Shown: in pieces, positions 8,845 to 18,300 of the stretch
How positions within the stretch are numbered: the first letter of the stretch is position 1
Layout: the number at the start of each line of letters is the position of its first letter
Sequence record: MZ475898.1
Length of the DNA stretch: 64,000 nt
Reading direction: 5' to 3' (one strand)
Translations under genes and position numbers: made by a program
Notes under the pieces: model-generated
Database searches by the model: none
What the model was told of the DNA's origin: nothing
Seen by the model: the letters and a program-made list of their open reading frames with translations, nothing else

Positions 8845-10683
8845 ATGATTGAAGTAAACTGTTTCGCAGATTTACGCACTACCGCTCCAGCAAAGGCTGG
8901 CGACATGGCGTTACTGAAACGTTACTATGACAAAGACAGTTCGTTTCGTGGGGGCGGCTACTTCATCGGCTTTCCGCAGACAAAAGATCTGCCTGCAGAT
9001 GATGGTGGTATTACGGCAGTAGATGCAAACAAAAGTTTCTTCTGGAAGCGTGTTGTGAATGACCCAGAAGAGATTAACCTGTTCCACTTCGGTGGTCGCT
9101 GCGACGGCAAGACAGATGACAGTGACGCGTTCCTGCGTAACTTCATGTGGACGTGTAAGTCTGCTGACGGCAACGACACTATTGGTGTTCGCTTCCCGAC
9201 AGGCACAACGTTGATCAACCCTATCGATCTTACTCACTTGGGTGAGATACCTGTGTTCGCTATCTATGGTGACACACGTTCTGATAAGGGCTGGCGTCCT
9301 CGTGTCAAGCTGATCAGTAACCAAGGCGAAGCTACTGTATTCAAGTTCAACGCTCGCCGCACTATTGTTCGTGGCCTGAACTGGAACGGTCAGTGCTATC
9401 CTGTGAAGGACGGCAAGAAGGTAGACGTGTCCACGATCGTGGGTGCTGTCATGCCTGAGCAGCGTTCAAACAATCAGATCTTCCTTGAGAACATCTGTAC
9501 TATGGGTCAGTACATTGGCGTACAGTGCTTCCGTGCTGAGAGCAACGGCGGATCTGCATTGAAGTTCCAAGACACCATCGATACTTCTATCACAGAGATC
9601 TATGGCAGTAAGAGCTACGGTGCTGTGATTGAGGCCAAGTGGTCGAACACAGTGCAGGCAGGTTGGAACCACTCTACTGCTGTGCGCTTAGAGAACGGTA
9701 ACTTCCAGTACGGCTACGGCCCTGCTGTGTTAGACATGCCGCGTATGACTCAGGCGTTCATGAAGAACGTCTGGATTGAACACACGCGCTTCCCAGGTAA
9801 TATGAATGATGGTCAATGGGTGCTTGAAGGTAACTCTATTGAGAGTTCTGACAACCCACTCAATCTGGCCAACACTCGTTGCGTGATCAATGGCTACTAC
9901 TTCCAAGGCGTTGGGACAATGAACTTGGAACGTGCGTCAAGCCCTGACAACTGGCTGAGTGGCTACGAGCGCGGCAACATTCGTACTGAAACATACGGTA
10001 TCATCATGACCGATGCTTGCTTCCGCGCAGGCTATTACACGGGTTATAAGATTACCAACAATACAGATCAGGACAAATGGTTCTATCTGGGCAGCTATTC
10101 ATTCCCGAAAGTGAATCAAGTGTGGCAGATTGAACTTCTGGGTACTGCACCAAACGTTGTACCGAACACGAAGCTGCAACAGCCTACACAGATGGATGGC
10201 ATGGGTCGTCGTGTTATCACAATGCAACGCTGTATCTCACCGCAGAAGAAAGTGTATGCTGATATGCACATGGAAGGAACGGACGCAATCGCCGATGTTG
10301 TGTACCAGCGTCTGTGGGAAGACTACGGCAAGGTGTGGGTTAAGCTGAAAGCCAACAGTGGCGATACTATCTTCAACCTGACCACCACTGGTCCGACTCG
10401 TTTCGAAGCAGGTGTTTGTACGTTGTTCAGCGACGGTCCAATTGAATGCGTGGATCCCGTTCTGACCGAGATGACCACCAGTGTCGAAAAGAATCAGAAG
10501 GACTATGCGCGACCTCAGGCTCGTTTCAGTTTGCACAATGGCCTTGCAGGTGTAGGCGCAAACGAGCAGGGTCTCATCACTATTCAAACCAAAGACGCTA
10601 CAGCACCGAAAGATACCACTAAGCCTGCTGGCTATGTGAGTGTCAATATCAACGGTGTTGATCGTCTCTTGCCTTACTACTAA
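8845..10683 (+). CDS. Tailspike-fold exopolysaccharide depolymerase, AmsF/WceF-like
   Basis: 612 aa. N-terminal ADLRTT..LLKRYY..FRGGG and INLFHFGGRCDGKTDDSDAF (pectate-lyase-3-type entry into a beta-helix); N/G/aromatic-rich beta-helix-like body; C-terminal GYVSVNINGVDRLLPYY. Confidence 0.7.
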   Translation: MIEVNCFADLRTTAPAKAGDMALLKRYYDKDSSFRGGGYFIGFPQTKDLPADDGGITAVDANKSFFWKRVVNDPEEINLFHFGGRCDGKTDDSDAFLRNFMWTCKSADGNDTIGVRFPTGTTLINPIDLTHLGEIPVFAIYGDTRSDKGWRPRVKLISNQGEATVFKFNARRTIVRGLNWNGQCYPVKDGKKVDVSTIVGAVMPEQRSNNQIFLENICTMGQYIGVQCFRAESNGGSALKFQDTIDTSITEIYGSKSYGAVIEAKWSNTVQAGWNHSTAVRLENGNFQYGYGPAVLDMPRMTQAFMKNVWIEHTRFPGNMNDGQWVLEGNSIESSDNPLNLANTRCVINGYYFQGVGTMNLERASSPDNWLSGYERGNIRTETYGIIMTDACFRAGYYTGYKITNNTDQDKWFYLGSYSFPKVNQVWQIELLGTAPNVVPNTKLQQPTQMDGMGRRVITMQRCISPQKKVYADMHMEGTDAIADVVYQRLWEDYGKVWVKLKANSGDTIFNLTTTGPTRFEAGVCTLFSDGPIECVDPVLTEMTTSVEKNQKDYARPQARFSLHNGLAGVGANEQGLITIQTKDATAPKDTTKPAGYVSVNINGVDRLLPYY

Positions 10684-10688
10684 CAGAC

Positions 10689-10707
10689 GAGGGGCGCAAT
10701 GCCCCTC
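10689..10707 (+). terminator. Intergenic hairpin
   Basis: GAGGGGC-GCAAT-GCCCCTC after the stop codon; no U tract. Confidence 0.45.
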
Positions 10708-10768
10708 AACTAAGTCAAATCTCTGTACTCTCCCTAACTCAAATAAGATACGCCGCACAGCGTACTAT

Positions 10769-10821
10769 GCACTAATAAGGTCAAAATGACCATTCTCTGT
10801 GATATGCGCCTATGCTATAAT
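10769..10821 (+). promoter_or_regulatory. Box promoter P1
   Basis: GCACTAATAAGGTCAAAAT, 28 nt, then TATAAT (10816) preceded by TGC. Confidence 0.75.
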
Positions 10822-10867
10822 AGTTGCGAGCGCATTGCTCAATACAATCATGCTGAGGAGCATAACA

Positions 10868-11209
10868 ATGAACGCATCTACTTTCGATTTTTCTATCATC
10901 TGCACCGAGAGCTTCAACATTAACGAGCTGAACAAAATCGCCGTTGAGCTGAATAAGCTGATCACTAACTCGCAGATCAAAATTGAAGCCGCAGAAATCG
11001 ACGATGAAGGCGCCGAGTGTATTCTTCTGGCTGTCGGTCTTGATGAAGACGGCGAAGAGACTGGCGAGAACGGCTACTCCCTGCATCTGGACAACGGCGA
11101 CTATCAGATCGTGTATCTCGGCGTGCCGCATCCTGACTTCGATAAGCACGAACTTGCGACCAGCGACTTTGAGTTGTTCATCAAATCAGTGAACGGCCTT
11201 GAGTTCTAA
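10868..11209 (+). CDS. hypothetical acidic protein
   Basis: ATG 10868 after hairpin SD; the longer track start overlaps promoter P1. Confidence 0.8.
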   Translation: MNASTFDFSIICTESFNINELNKIAVELNKLITNSQIKIEAAEIDDEGAECILLAVGLDEDGEETGENGYSLHLDNGDYQIVYLGVPHPDFDKHELATSDFELFIKSVNGLEF

Positions 11210-11262
11210 GCATTGATCTGGCAGAAATCGCCGTTGTGTTTAGACGCTCAACGGCATACTAT
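11210..11262 (+). promoter_or_regulatory. Box promoter P2
   Basis: GCATTGATCTGGCAGAAAT; TTGTGT-17-TACTAT (11257). Confidence 0.6.
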
Positions 11263-11311
11263 TATGTCTCTAGCGCAATGACGCGCTACAACAACGAAAG
11301 AGAGAAACAAC

Positions 11312-11566
11312 ATGAGCGAAGACGTTAAAGTAACAATCGACTTAGTAGCTGACTTTGTATCACGCACCGAAGTTGTGTTTGAAGACGGTCAATCATCTAA
11401 TGACTGGCTCGCGCCGTATGATCTGCGCCTGAACGTAACTGAGCCTCAAGGGCCGAACGGCTACCCCGAAGTTGAAATCGTCGGCCAGCGCGATAACGTC
11501 TTGCGCTTCTTTGATGAGCAGATGCCTGACAGCGACATTACAGAAGACTCGCTTGAATCTGCATAA
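11312..11566 (+). CDS. hypothetical protein
   Basis: 84-aa acidic ORF downstream of P2. Confidence 0.8.
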   Translation: MSEDVKVTIDLVADFVSRTEVVFEDGQSSNDWLAPYDLRLNVTEPQGPNGYPEVEIVGQRDNVLRFFDEQMPDSDITEDSLESA

Positions 11567-11581
11567 GCAACAAACAACACT

Positions 11582-11605
11582 GTGGCGTTACGGCGCCACT
11601 TTTCT
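11582..11605 (+). terminator. Rho-independent terminator
   Basis: GTGGCG-TTACGG-CGCCAC followed by TTTTCT. Confidence 0.65.
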
Positions 11606-11625
11606 ATTTCTGATCTGAGGTCAAT

Positions 11626-12165
11626 ATGAAACAAAAATTCTTATTCTTGCGCATGAGCCGACACGAGCTGAATCAGCATTTGTTTTTACTTCGTGGCATG
11701 AGCCGTGAGCGTCTTGAATCATTCACTGGTATTATCGCCGTTGTCAAAGACGATACGACGATGGCGAACATCGATGATACTGACCTGTATTATTTCAGCG
11801 AAGTAACAGCCGAAGAGACAACATCAGAGACGCAACAAACCTGGTGGAACCTGATTCATTACTACGACAATCAGATTGCTATCGGCTCACTCCCACGTAT
11901 AGAGCCGCTGCTGCCTGACGATTTAGTTGAGCGCATCAAAACAACTCGCAGCAATCGCTTCTACTACGAGTTCGATACGCAAATGCCAGAAGTGTTGGCC
12001 ACTGTTGATCTTGACCTACACTTCTTACCGTCTGCCGCTCAGCCTCGTGTGAAGAAGCCTAAAGAAGAACAGCCAGAAGTTAATCCCCTGGCCGCATACA
12101 CAGTCGAACAACTGTGTGCCGAACTGCGTACTCGCCTGAGTGCAAAAATCACTATCGAATTTTAA
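11626..12165 (+). CDS. hypothetical protein
   Basis: 179-aa ORF, GAGG RBS. Confidence 0.8.
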   Translation: MKQKFLFLRMSRHELNQHLFLLRGMSRERLESFTGIIAVVKDDTTMANIDDTDLYYFSEVTAEETTSETQQTWWNLIHYYDNQIAIGSLPRIEPLLPDDLVERIKTTRSNRFYYEFDTQMPEVLATVDLDLHFLPSAAQPRVKKPKEEQPEVNPLAAYTVEQLCAELRTRLSAKITIEF

Positions 12166-12182
12166 TCAACTAGCACAGGGAC

Positions 12183-12812
12183 GTGCCTCTAACTGAGATC
12201 AAAACTATGTTCACCAAAGCATTCTTCTTCAAAACTAACTACTCTGTATTGGCCGAAGGTGAGTTCGCGCTGCCTGTTGACTCACTGACCTCTCTCGTCA
12301 ACTCGCGCATTTTCATCTGCATCACAGAAGACAACCTGCGCTTTGCACTGACCAACATCACTGTGCAGCCGATTCGCAATGGCTTCTTGCGCGTTGGCTT
12401 CGAGCCGAAGACTGACGTGAATGCAATCACTACTCCAATCATCACGCCTAAAACGATGTGGAGCGAATATGATTTTGATGCGTGCAGTGTTGAAAACATC
12501 CCGTCATTCAATATCAGTACGCATGAAGACAAGAACAACGAACAACTGATTGCACTGTCATATGACCTTCGTATGGCTCTCATGCATTATCGTGAAGGCA
12601 TGTACTGCGTGACCGACATCGTTTTGCGTCTGCATGAGTATGGCATCTTTGTCGTAGACATTGATCAGAATCTCAAGGCTGCTCTCTCGCCTATCGCCGT
12701 GCTTAGCGAACGACCTACACATGCGATTAGTCTGAGCAAAGACAACGGTGTGCTGTCTCGCATTGATGACTTCGAACTGCCTGATCTCGCCAAACTGATC
12801 GTCCTACTGTAA
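12183..12812 (+). CDS. hypothetical protein
   Basis: 209-aa ORF; start uncertain. Confidence 0.75.
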   Translation: MPLTEIKTMFTKAFFFKTNYSVLAEGEFALPVDSLTSLVNSRIFICITEDNLRFALTNITVQPIRNGFLRVGFEPKTDVNAITTPIITPKTMWSEYDFDACSVENIPSFNISTHEDKNNEQLIALSYDLRMALMHYREGMYCVTDIVLRLHEYGIFVVDIDQNLKAALSPIAVLSERPTHAISLSKDNGVLSRIDDFELPDLAKLIVLL

Positions 12813-12864
12813 ACAAACAACTCTAGCCTCGCATCGTGCGGGGCTTTCTGCTTTGGAGAACACC

Positions 12865-13125
12865 ATGTATCAATATGACCGCGATGAATTGAATGATCTG
12901 CCGCTTGACGTGCTGCATAGCGAAGCTGAAAAGCGTGGCTTGCTCGCTGACCTGGACGACGATGATGATTGTCCTGACCGTGCAGTGCTGGTGGGCATGA
13001 TCCTTGATGATCAGAACGAGCGCAATGCCGAAAACGAAGAGGAAGAGCAGCGCCGTCAGATGCAAGATGACGCTGACGATCACCGTCGCATGTTAGACGA
13101 ACGCGACGGCTCAGACGACTGCTAA
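12865..13125 (+). CDS. small acidic protein with a helix-extended-helix-like module
   Basis: GGAG RBS; LNDLPLDVLHSEAEKRGL...DRAVLVGMIL. Confidence 0.75.
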   Translation: MYQYDRDELNDLPLDVLHSEAEKRGLLADLDDDDDCPDRAVLVGMILDDQNERNAENEEEEQRRQMQDDADDHRRMLDERDGSDDC

Positions 13126-13126
13126 C

Positions 13127-13465
13127 ATGCTATACTCTGGGCAGCAATACGATACACTCAGTCCTGACCAGTTGAATGAGTGTTTCAATCTGATTGAAAG
13201 TTGCATGGTGGCCTCTGGCTGTCGTGGCTTTCAAATAGTGTTATCACCATCTGGTCATGGCGATTGTCGTAGCGTCGTCCACATTCAGCATCCACAGTAT
13301 GCAGGTCACATTGAGTTCCCCTCAGTTGACCGTGATACTTTTCGTGTAACACTCGTCGCAACACGCGGTTGCTATGACAGCCGCACAGTGTTCGTACCAA
13401 ATTCAGATACAGCCTATTCAGTGATAGGTCTGTATCTCTCAAACTTTATAGGGGCTACAAAATGA
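13127..13465 (+). CDS. hypothetical protein
   Basis: 112-aa ORF in operon. Confidence 0.65.
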   Translation: MLYSGQQYDTLSPDQLNECFNLIESCMVASGCRGFQIVLSPSGHGDCRSVVHIQHPQYAGHIEFPSVDRDTFRVTLVATRGCYDSRTVFVPNSDTAYSVIGLYLSNFIGATK

Positions 13466-13806
13466 AACGCCGTGTTATTCTTATTGAGCAGTCAGAGTTC
13501 ACGGGTGACCCTCTGGTGTTCCCCACCGCTTTCAATTTCACAGGCATTGACGTTGTGGTGCTTGTGACAGTGACGCATCAAGACTTTGGTGGTGTGAAGT
13601 TTCACGACACCTATCGTGTGAACGAGATGCGTGTAAGTGAACACACAGATCCCCTGCGTCAGGAGATTGAGATTGTAGAGTACAGCAAACTGCCGAACAA
13701 GGAAGAAGACTTCCAGGCGCTGCTTGCTGTCGATTACTTCGACGAAGAGATCGCAGAACGTGACCTGCGTCTGTACGATACACCAACCACAATCGTCACT
13801 GCGTAA
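13462..13806 (+). CDS. hypothetical protein
   Basis: 114-aa ORF, ATGA overlap with the previous stop. Confidence 0.75.
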   Translation: MKRRVILIEQSEFTGDPLVFPTAFNFTGIDVVVLVTVTHQDFGGVKFHDTYRVNEMRVSEHTDPLRQEIEIVEYSKLPNKEEDFQALLAVDYFDEEIAERDLRLYDTPTTIVTA

Positions 13807-13813
13807 TAACCTT

Positions 13814-13841
13814 AGGGCTGCCATCTTGGTGGCCCTTTTTT
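13814..13841 (+). terminator. Rho-independent terminator
   Basis: AGGGCTGCCA-TCT-TGGTGGCCCT followed by TTTTT. Confidence 0.75.
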
Positions 13842-13889
13842 GTTTTCTGTAAACTACACGCACAATCCCAACAATGCGAGAACGCACAG

Positions 13890-14264
13890 ATGCCAAAGCG
13901 CCGCTTTTATTTGATGTTCTTTATCAGTCAGGCAGAACTCGACGCCAAGACTTTCTATCAACACAACATGCGCATCCTGACAACGATACGCCGCACACGC
14001 TGCATCTTCCTTGTGGTCAGAGAGACTGGTGAAGTCTATGTGCCAGGCAGCGCCGTGTATCAGTCTGCAATCGAAGAAGATCTGACGCAGATGGTCTTTG
14101 ACGATCTGCACAAGGTCACCGAGTCTGTGAATGCCGTTGAGTCATTCGCTCAGGCTATCGCAGTAAACAAAAACGATAAGACAGTTCGCTACTGCGGCCG
14201 CAATCCAGAGGTGAGTGTCGTCTTCTTTGATCGCATGTTCACGAAAGTGGAGGTTCATATATGA
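13890..14264 (+). CDS. hypothetical protein
   Basis: 124-aa ORF. Confidence 0.7.
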   Translation: MPKRRFYLMFFISQAELDAKTFYQHNMRILTTIRRTRCIFLVVRETGEVYVPGSAVYQSAIEEDLTQMVFDDLHKVTESVNAVESFAQAIAVNKNDKTVRYCGRNPEVSVVFFDRMFTKVEVHI

Positions 14265-14536
14265 GTTACGATCCGCCTAAGCCAACTACGTCTCTTGGCG
14301 CTTCCCTTGCTTCACGTTGTGCGCACTCGACCCGAGAGAAAGCAAACAAGACGCGCAAGAAGTATCCCGCAACAAAGACTGTGGTCGCTACGCTGACAGC
14401 ACCTATGCACGCCGCTGTGCAACGTCTGGCCAACAAGCGCAATGTGTCTATTCAACGTTGCTTAGTCAACATGCTCGAAGCCGAGTTGGCGAAAGAGGGT
14501 ATCACTTACGCTAAAGAACAGGACGAAGACGAATGA
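14261..14536 (+). CDS. ribbon-helix-helix-like DNA-binding protein (putative)
   Basis: TVVATLTAPMHAAVQRLANKRNVSIQRCLVNMLEAEL fits the beta-alpha-alpha RHH pattern; GGAGG RBS. Confidence 0.55.
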   Translation: MSYDPPKPTTSLGASLASRCAHSTREKANKTRKKYPATKTVVATLTAPMHAAVQRLANKRNVSIQRCLVNMLEAELAKEGITYAKEQDEDE

Positions 14537-15168
14537 AACGTTTAGGTACAGTCATGGCGTTAGGTCTAAAAGACAAAGCGCCAAAGAATACTGACCTCGA
14601 CATTACGCCCGTTTCGAAAGATGCAGAATGGGGCTCTTTGAGTCCCTTTCACTTGGGGCCGTGTCGAAGCGCAGATGGTATTATGTTCCACAACTTCGAA
14701 AACCTCTGGCAGTATAGCAAGGTCTACGAAGAACATTTGGAGAACACAAACCTCATCCTCGCTGGAGAGATAAACTCTGATTGGTATCAGTGGCATCTTA
14801 AAGGTGCAAGATCAAAACAGGCGCATCGCTATCCTATGGGAAAAGGCCAGAAGGCTTTATTCTCCAGATGGGGCGACTTGCGCCTTTCGTACATTCCCGC
14901 ACGTAAACAGATCTATGTTCCAGGCTATGCCGAGCTACTTCTGCCTCAAAAGAAATTCAAACAACTCCTCAAGCAATACAAGGCCGGCGCCAACATAATC
15001 GTCCGGGACTACGACACCTACGATCTGCTGAAAGCCTATCCCAATTCTAATCGCATGTGGCTTGATGCTCTCAACAACCCAAACGCCAAGTTCGGTCACA
15101 GTTTCGTGATCGCCCTTGCTCTCATACTGCACGACAGACCTCTATGGTACAATCAATGGGTGATATAA
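14533..15168 (+). CDS. DUF6939/NADAR-like protein (putative)
   Basis: LSPFHLGP..FHNFENLWQYSKVY..YIPARKQIYVPGY..GHSFVIA. Confidence 0.5.
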   Translation: MKRLGTVMALGLKDKAPKNTDLDITPVSKDAEWGSLSPFHLGPCRSADGIMFHNFENLWQYSKVYEEHLENTNLILAGEINSDWYQWHLKGARSKQAHRYPMGKGQKALFSRWGDLRLSYIPARKQIYVPGYAELLLPQKKFKQLLKQYKAGANIIVRDYDTYDLLKAYPNSNRMWLDALNNPNAKFGHSFVIALALILHDRPLWYNQWVI

Positions 15169-15467
15169 TCTACGAATGGGTCCACGACCTTGAAGGTAAC
15201 GAAAGTCAGAATCTGCCTATCTTACCTCCAGACATTTATGCGTATGTGCGCGATGCCGTTACTGGCGCACGTACCCCAATCAACTTTGAAGGCCGCACTG
15301 AGTTGCAGCGTCAAGACAAGAAAGTCATAGGCATTGTCTACTGGTCTAATCGAGCTAATCTGATTTCATGGACGGGCGTCGAGCGCTTTCGTTTTACGCT
15401 GTATGTAGTACGCGCCGCACGTAAGTCAAATGAGCAACATGAGGAAGCTCAAGTCTGCACTAATTAG
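15156..15467 (+). CDS. hypothetical protein
   Basis: ORF overlapping the previous stop. Confidence 0.6.
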   Translation: MGDIIYEWVHDLEGNESQNLPILPPDIYAYVRDAVTGARTPINFEGRTELQRQDKKVIGIVYWSNRANLISWTGVERFRFTLYVVRAARKSNEQHEEAQVCTN

Positions 15468-15509
15468 GCTGAAATAGCTATCGCGCATAATACGCTCCTG
15501 TGCTATACT
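15457..15509 (+). promoter_or_regulatory. Box promoter P3
   Basis: GCACTAATTAGGCTGAAAT, 28 nt, then TATACT (15504) preceded by TGC. Confidence 0.7.
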
Positions 15510-15554
15510 CATAGACGAAGCAACACATAATCTATTCACGCTAAGGAGCGTACT

Positions 15555-15986
15555 ATGACTATCAACAAGTTTGACTTTCAAACACTGACTACCCCAGAAC
15601 AATGGTCTTCCGCTGCTTGGGGTTTCTATCGTGACTTCGCAGATCGTTTACGCGATGTTATCGGCCGCGATGATCTTTTCTTCGACATTGAAGTTGATGG
15701 TGGCAGCGATAGTGACCAAGTTGCCGAAGAGATGGTCGATGATGGTGTGATTCATTTACTTATCTCGTACAAAAACGAAGATGAAGATTTCATTAACGCC
15801 AAAGGCGTCTGGCTGTTCCAAGTCACTTACCCAACAGAAAGTGATATTGACGGTGAGTGGTCTAACCGCTTCGTGGTAGATGTGCAGACCGTTGATATGG
15901 AAATCTTAGAGCTGGTGGATTTTGATAACGGCCACCCACGTTTGCTTGAAGATATTGCAGCGCGGGTTAATCACTGGTTAGTGTAA
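15555..15986 (+). CDS. hypothetical acidic protein
   Basis: 143-aa ORF with hairpin SD. Confidence 0.8.
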   Translation: MTINKFDFQTLTTPEQWSSAAWGFYRDFADRLRDVIGRDDLFFDIEVDGGSDSDQVAEEMVDDGVIHLLISYKNEDEDFINAKGVWLFQVTYPTESDIDGEWSNRFVVDVQTVDMEILELVDFDNGHPRLLEDIAARVNHWLV

Positions 15987-16051
15987 TTGCTTGCGGGTCT
16001 TTTACGAAGGGCCCGTCGTCAACAACACAAACCTGTTCTAAGGAGAACAAC

Positions 16052-16369
16052 ATGTCATCATTAGTTAAACTGCAATTCATCTTTCCAGAACTGACCTCAG
16101 TTACTGTAACTGTTTCTGATTCTGACATTCCTCGCTATCTCAATATTGCAGCGGGCGCCGAAGTAACATACGAAGGCCAGACGGCGCTGGAGCGTATTAC
16201 TGACGTAAACCTGCTGCGCAATCTTCTCGTGATTGATCGTAAAATCCTAGAGATGTTGCTTGAGCGTCACAACAGCGCAAACGTTTCTAGTGAAATCGCT
16301 CACGCTGTAGACCAGATTAAGTTTGTACCTAATCGTGGCCTAAAGTTAATCGTCAATCGTTACCGCTGA
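16052..16369 (+). CDS. hypothetical protein, paralog A
   Basis: FIFPE..VTV..P.Y..I.A..E....G.TA shared with the next gene. Confidence 0.8.
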   Translation: MSSLVKLQFIFPELTSVTVTVSDSDIPRYLNIAAGAEVTYEGQTALERITDVNLLRNLLVIDRKILEMLLERHNSANVSSEIAHAVDQIKFVPNRGLKLIVNRYR

Positions 16370-16407
16370 GATTTGTGAAGGGCATTTGCGAGTGCTCTTT
16401 GAAAATC
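16362..16407 (+). repeat. Intergenic direct repeat copy 1 (with hairpin)
   Basis: ACCGCTGAGATTTGTGAAGGGCATTTGCGAGTGCTCTTTGAAAATC; near-identical copy at 16743-16790. Confidence 0.9.
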
Positions 16408-16432
16408 CTAAACCCGTTCTATGGAGAACAAC

Positions 16433-16750
16433 ATGTCATCATCTACTGAATTTCATTTCATCTTTCCAGAGTCAACCACTCTTATCGTTACTGTGGGTAA
16501 CGGCATCGTCCCTGAGTATATGGGCATCCCTGCTAATCAAGAAACCCACCTGACTGGTGAGACTGCATTCAACTTTATGCAGAACTCTAACATCGTGGGC
16601 GTTATGAATCGTTTTGATCAGTCGCTTCTCAATCTGCTTATTGATCGCCATGAGCAGAACGAAGAAGAGGAGAGTGCGTTGCGTCAAGCACACATGCAGA
16701 AGCACACAAAGAACTTCGGCGTGTATCTGCTGATCAAACATCACCGCTAA
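16433..16750 (+). CDS. hypothetical protein, paralog B
   Basis: ATG 16433 after GGAG; homologous to 16052..16369. Confidence 0.8.
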   Translation: MSSSTEFHFIFPESTTLIVTVGNGIVPEYMGIPANQETHLTGETAFNFMQNSNIVGVMNRFDQSLLNLLIDRHEQNEEEESALRQAHMQKHTKNFGVYLLIKHHR

Positions 16751-16790
16751 GATTTGTGAAGGGCATTCGTATGAGTGCTCTTTGAAAATC
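16743..16790 (+). repeat. Intergenic direct repeat copy 2
   Basis: ACCGCTAAGATTTGTGAAGGGCATTCGTATGAGTGCTCTTTGAAAATC. Confidence 0.9.
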
Positions 16791-16813
16791 AACCCTGTTC
16801 TGAGGAGAACAAT

Positions 16814-17224
16814 ATGAAACATCCACAACCTGGCTCTGTATACACCCTGCGTGAAATGCTGACTGAACTGAGTCTGCGCGACACGCCGAATCTTGGCTTC
16901 ACTCCTGTTTCTGTGCGCTATCCCGAAACGAAGGAAATCGTCCAGCAGACGGTTCAGGATTCGCATCTGACCGAAGAAGAGATGCTCGCTCTTCCTGGCT
17001 GGGCAGAAACGAAGTGGCGCTACATTCGTGAAACCCACGAGTGGATCCCTGTGTTCGTCGCTGTTGACGATGCAGAGGTTGAAGCGCTGTGTGTCATTGA
17101 ACCCAACACTGACCGCTACTTCCGTAATGAGGGTATCATGCACGTTTACCCACGTGGCGTTGAGCGCGAGCAGCATAAAGCGTATGACCCAGAAACGCAC
17201 GGCACACTGGTTAAAGTGGCCTAA
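16814..17224 (+). CDS. hypothetical protein
   Basis: ATG 16814 after hairpin SD. Confidence 0.8.
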   Translation: MKHPQPGSVYTLREMLTELSLRDTPNLGFTPVSVRYPETKEIVQQTVQDSHLTEEEMLALPGWAETKWRYIRETHEWIPVFVAVDDAEVEALCVIEPNTDRYFRNEGIMHVYPRGVEREQHKAYDPETHGTLVKVA

Positions 17225-17238
17225 GCACAAACTACCTC

Positions 17239-17262
17239 AAGCGGCTTACGGGCCGCTTTTCT
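17239..17262 (+). terminator. Rho-independent terminator
   Basis: AAGCGGC-TTACGG-GCCGCTT followed by TTCT. Confidence 0.65.
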
Positions 17263-17281
17263 TAAACATCAGGAGTCTATC

Positions 17282-17803
17282 ATGAAAACCACCGACGTAG
17301 TTCATATCGCTCATCACCTCATGACCCATCTCGCATCGGCTCGTCTCATCAGTGCATTGACTTTCATCGGCCAGGACGCTGTGCGTTTCAAAGTTGGTTC
17401 GCAGACGTTTGACGTTCGTGGGCGCCACCCGAGCTTCATCGTCCATCAAGTTGAAGGTGGATGTTTGTGTGCAGACGCAGACTCTGCCGAGATTGAAGCG
17501 CAGTTGAACGGTGACCCAATATCGAGTATGCGTGATCAACTGCCGCATCCTGAGAACGTGCAATCTGCCATCATCGATCACGTCAACTCCATGCCAGACA
17601 AAGACGTGCAGAACTTTAGCGAGCATCAGGGTGGCCCAGACATGGACACGATGTTTGAGCAGCGTCTGTGGTTGAAGAACTGGTTGATTAGTCGTTCAAT
17701 CGTACTTGCCGACATGCTCGACATTGTTGCGTTTCTTGAAGGCACTGAGCGCCGTAACTCACTGGCTATGGCAATTGAACTCAACAAAGGGAAACGCGCA
17801 TGA
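17282..17803 (+). CDS. hypothetical protein
   Basis: 173-aa ORF, AGGAG RBS. Confidence 0.8.
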   Translation: MKTTDVVHIAHHLMTHLASARLISALTFIGQDAVRFKVGSQTFDVRGRHPSFIVHQVEGGCLCADADSAEIEAQLNGDPISSMRDQLPHPENVQSAIIDHVNSMPDKDVQNFSEHQGGPDMDTMFEQRLWLKNWLISRSIVLADMLDIVAFLEGTERRNSLAMAIELNKGKRA

Positions 17804-18300
17804 ACTTTGTACGCAGACTTAAAGCAATCGACCAGCTGCCGTTAATCACTGGTCAGTATTACAATGCGCAAGCCATGGCAGAACAATCAGCATTTGGTTC
17901 GTGTGCGTTTCACATAACTGATCGTGTGGAGCTTGACGGCATCTCGATGTACATTCGTTTCCGCACTAATCAGCAACGTCTGTGGATGCATCCTGTTTTG
18001 ATACTCGCATCAATCGACATTGAACATCAGGGCTGCGGTATCTTCACTGAACTTCTCGCAGAAGCCCAACGCGTATGTCGTGAGAACAAGTGGGTGCTGC
18101 AAATTGAGAACGTGCTTGAGCAACGCTTCCGCCGATTCTTGTTTGACCGTTCGTTCGAAACTATCGGCGTTGATAAAGATTGTGCGCACGGTAGCATGTT
18201 CTGGTTCTTTGATGAGAAGATCAAAGAGAACGCAACGCAGTTCCAAGCGATGGAAGAAAACATCCGAGAACGCGCCGCTGCACAGAAGGCAACAACATGA
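17800..18300 (+). CDS. GNAT-family acetyltransferase (putative)
   Basis: ILASIDIEHQGCGIFTELL resembles GNAT motif A (Q/RxxGxG/A). Confidence 0.55.
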   Translation: MNFVRRLKAIDQLPLITGQYYNAQAMAEQSAFGSCAFHITDRVELDGISMYIRFRTNQQRLWMHPVLILASIDIEHQGCGIFTELLAEAQRVCRENKWVLQIENVLEQRFRRFLFDRSFETIGVDKDCAHGSMFWFFDEKIKENATQFQAMEENIRERAAAQKATT

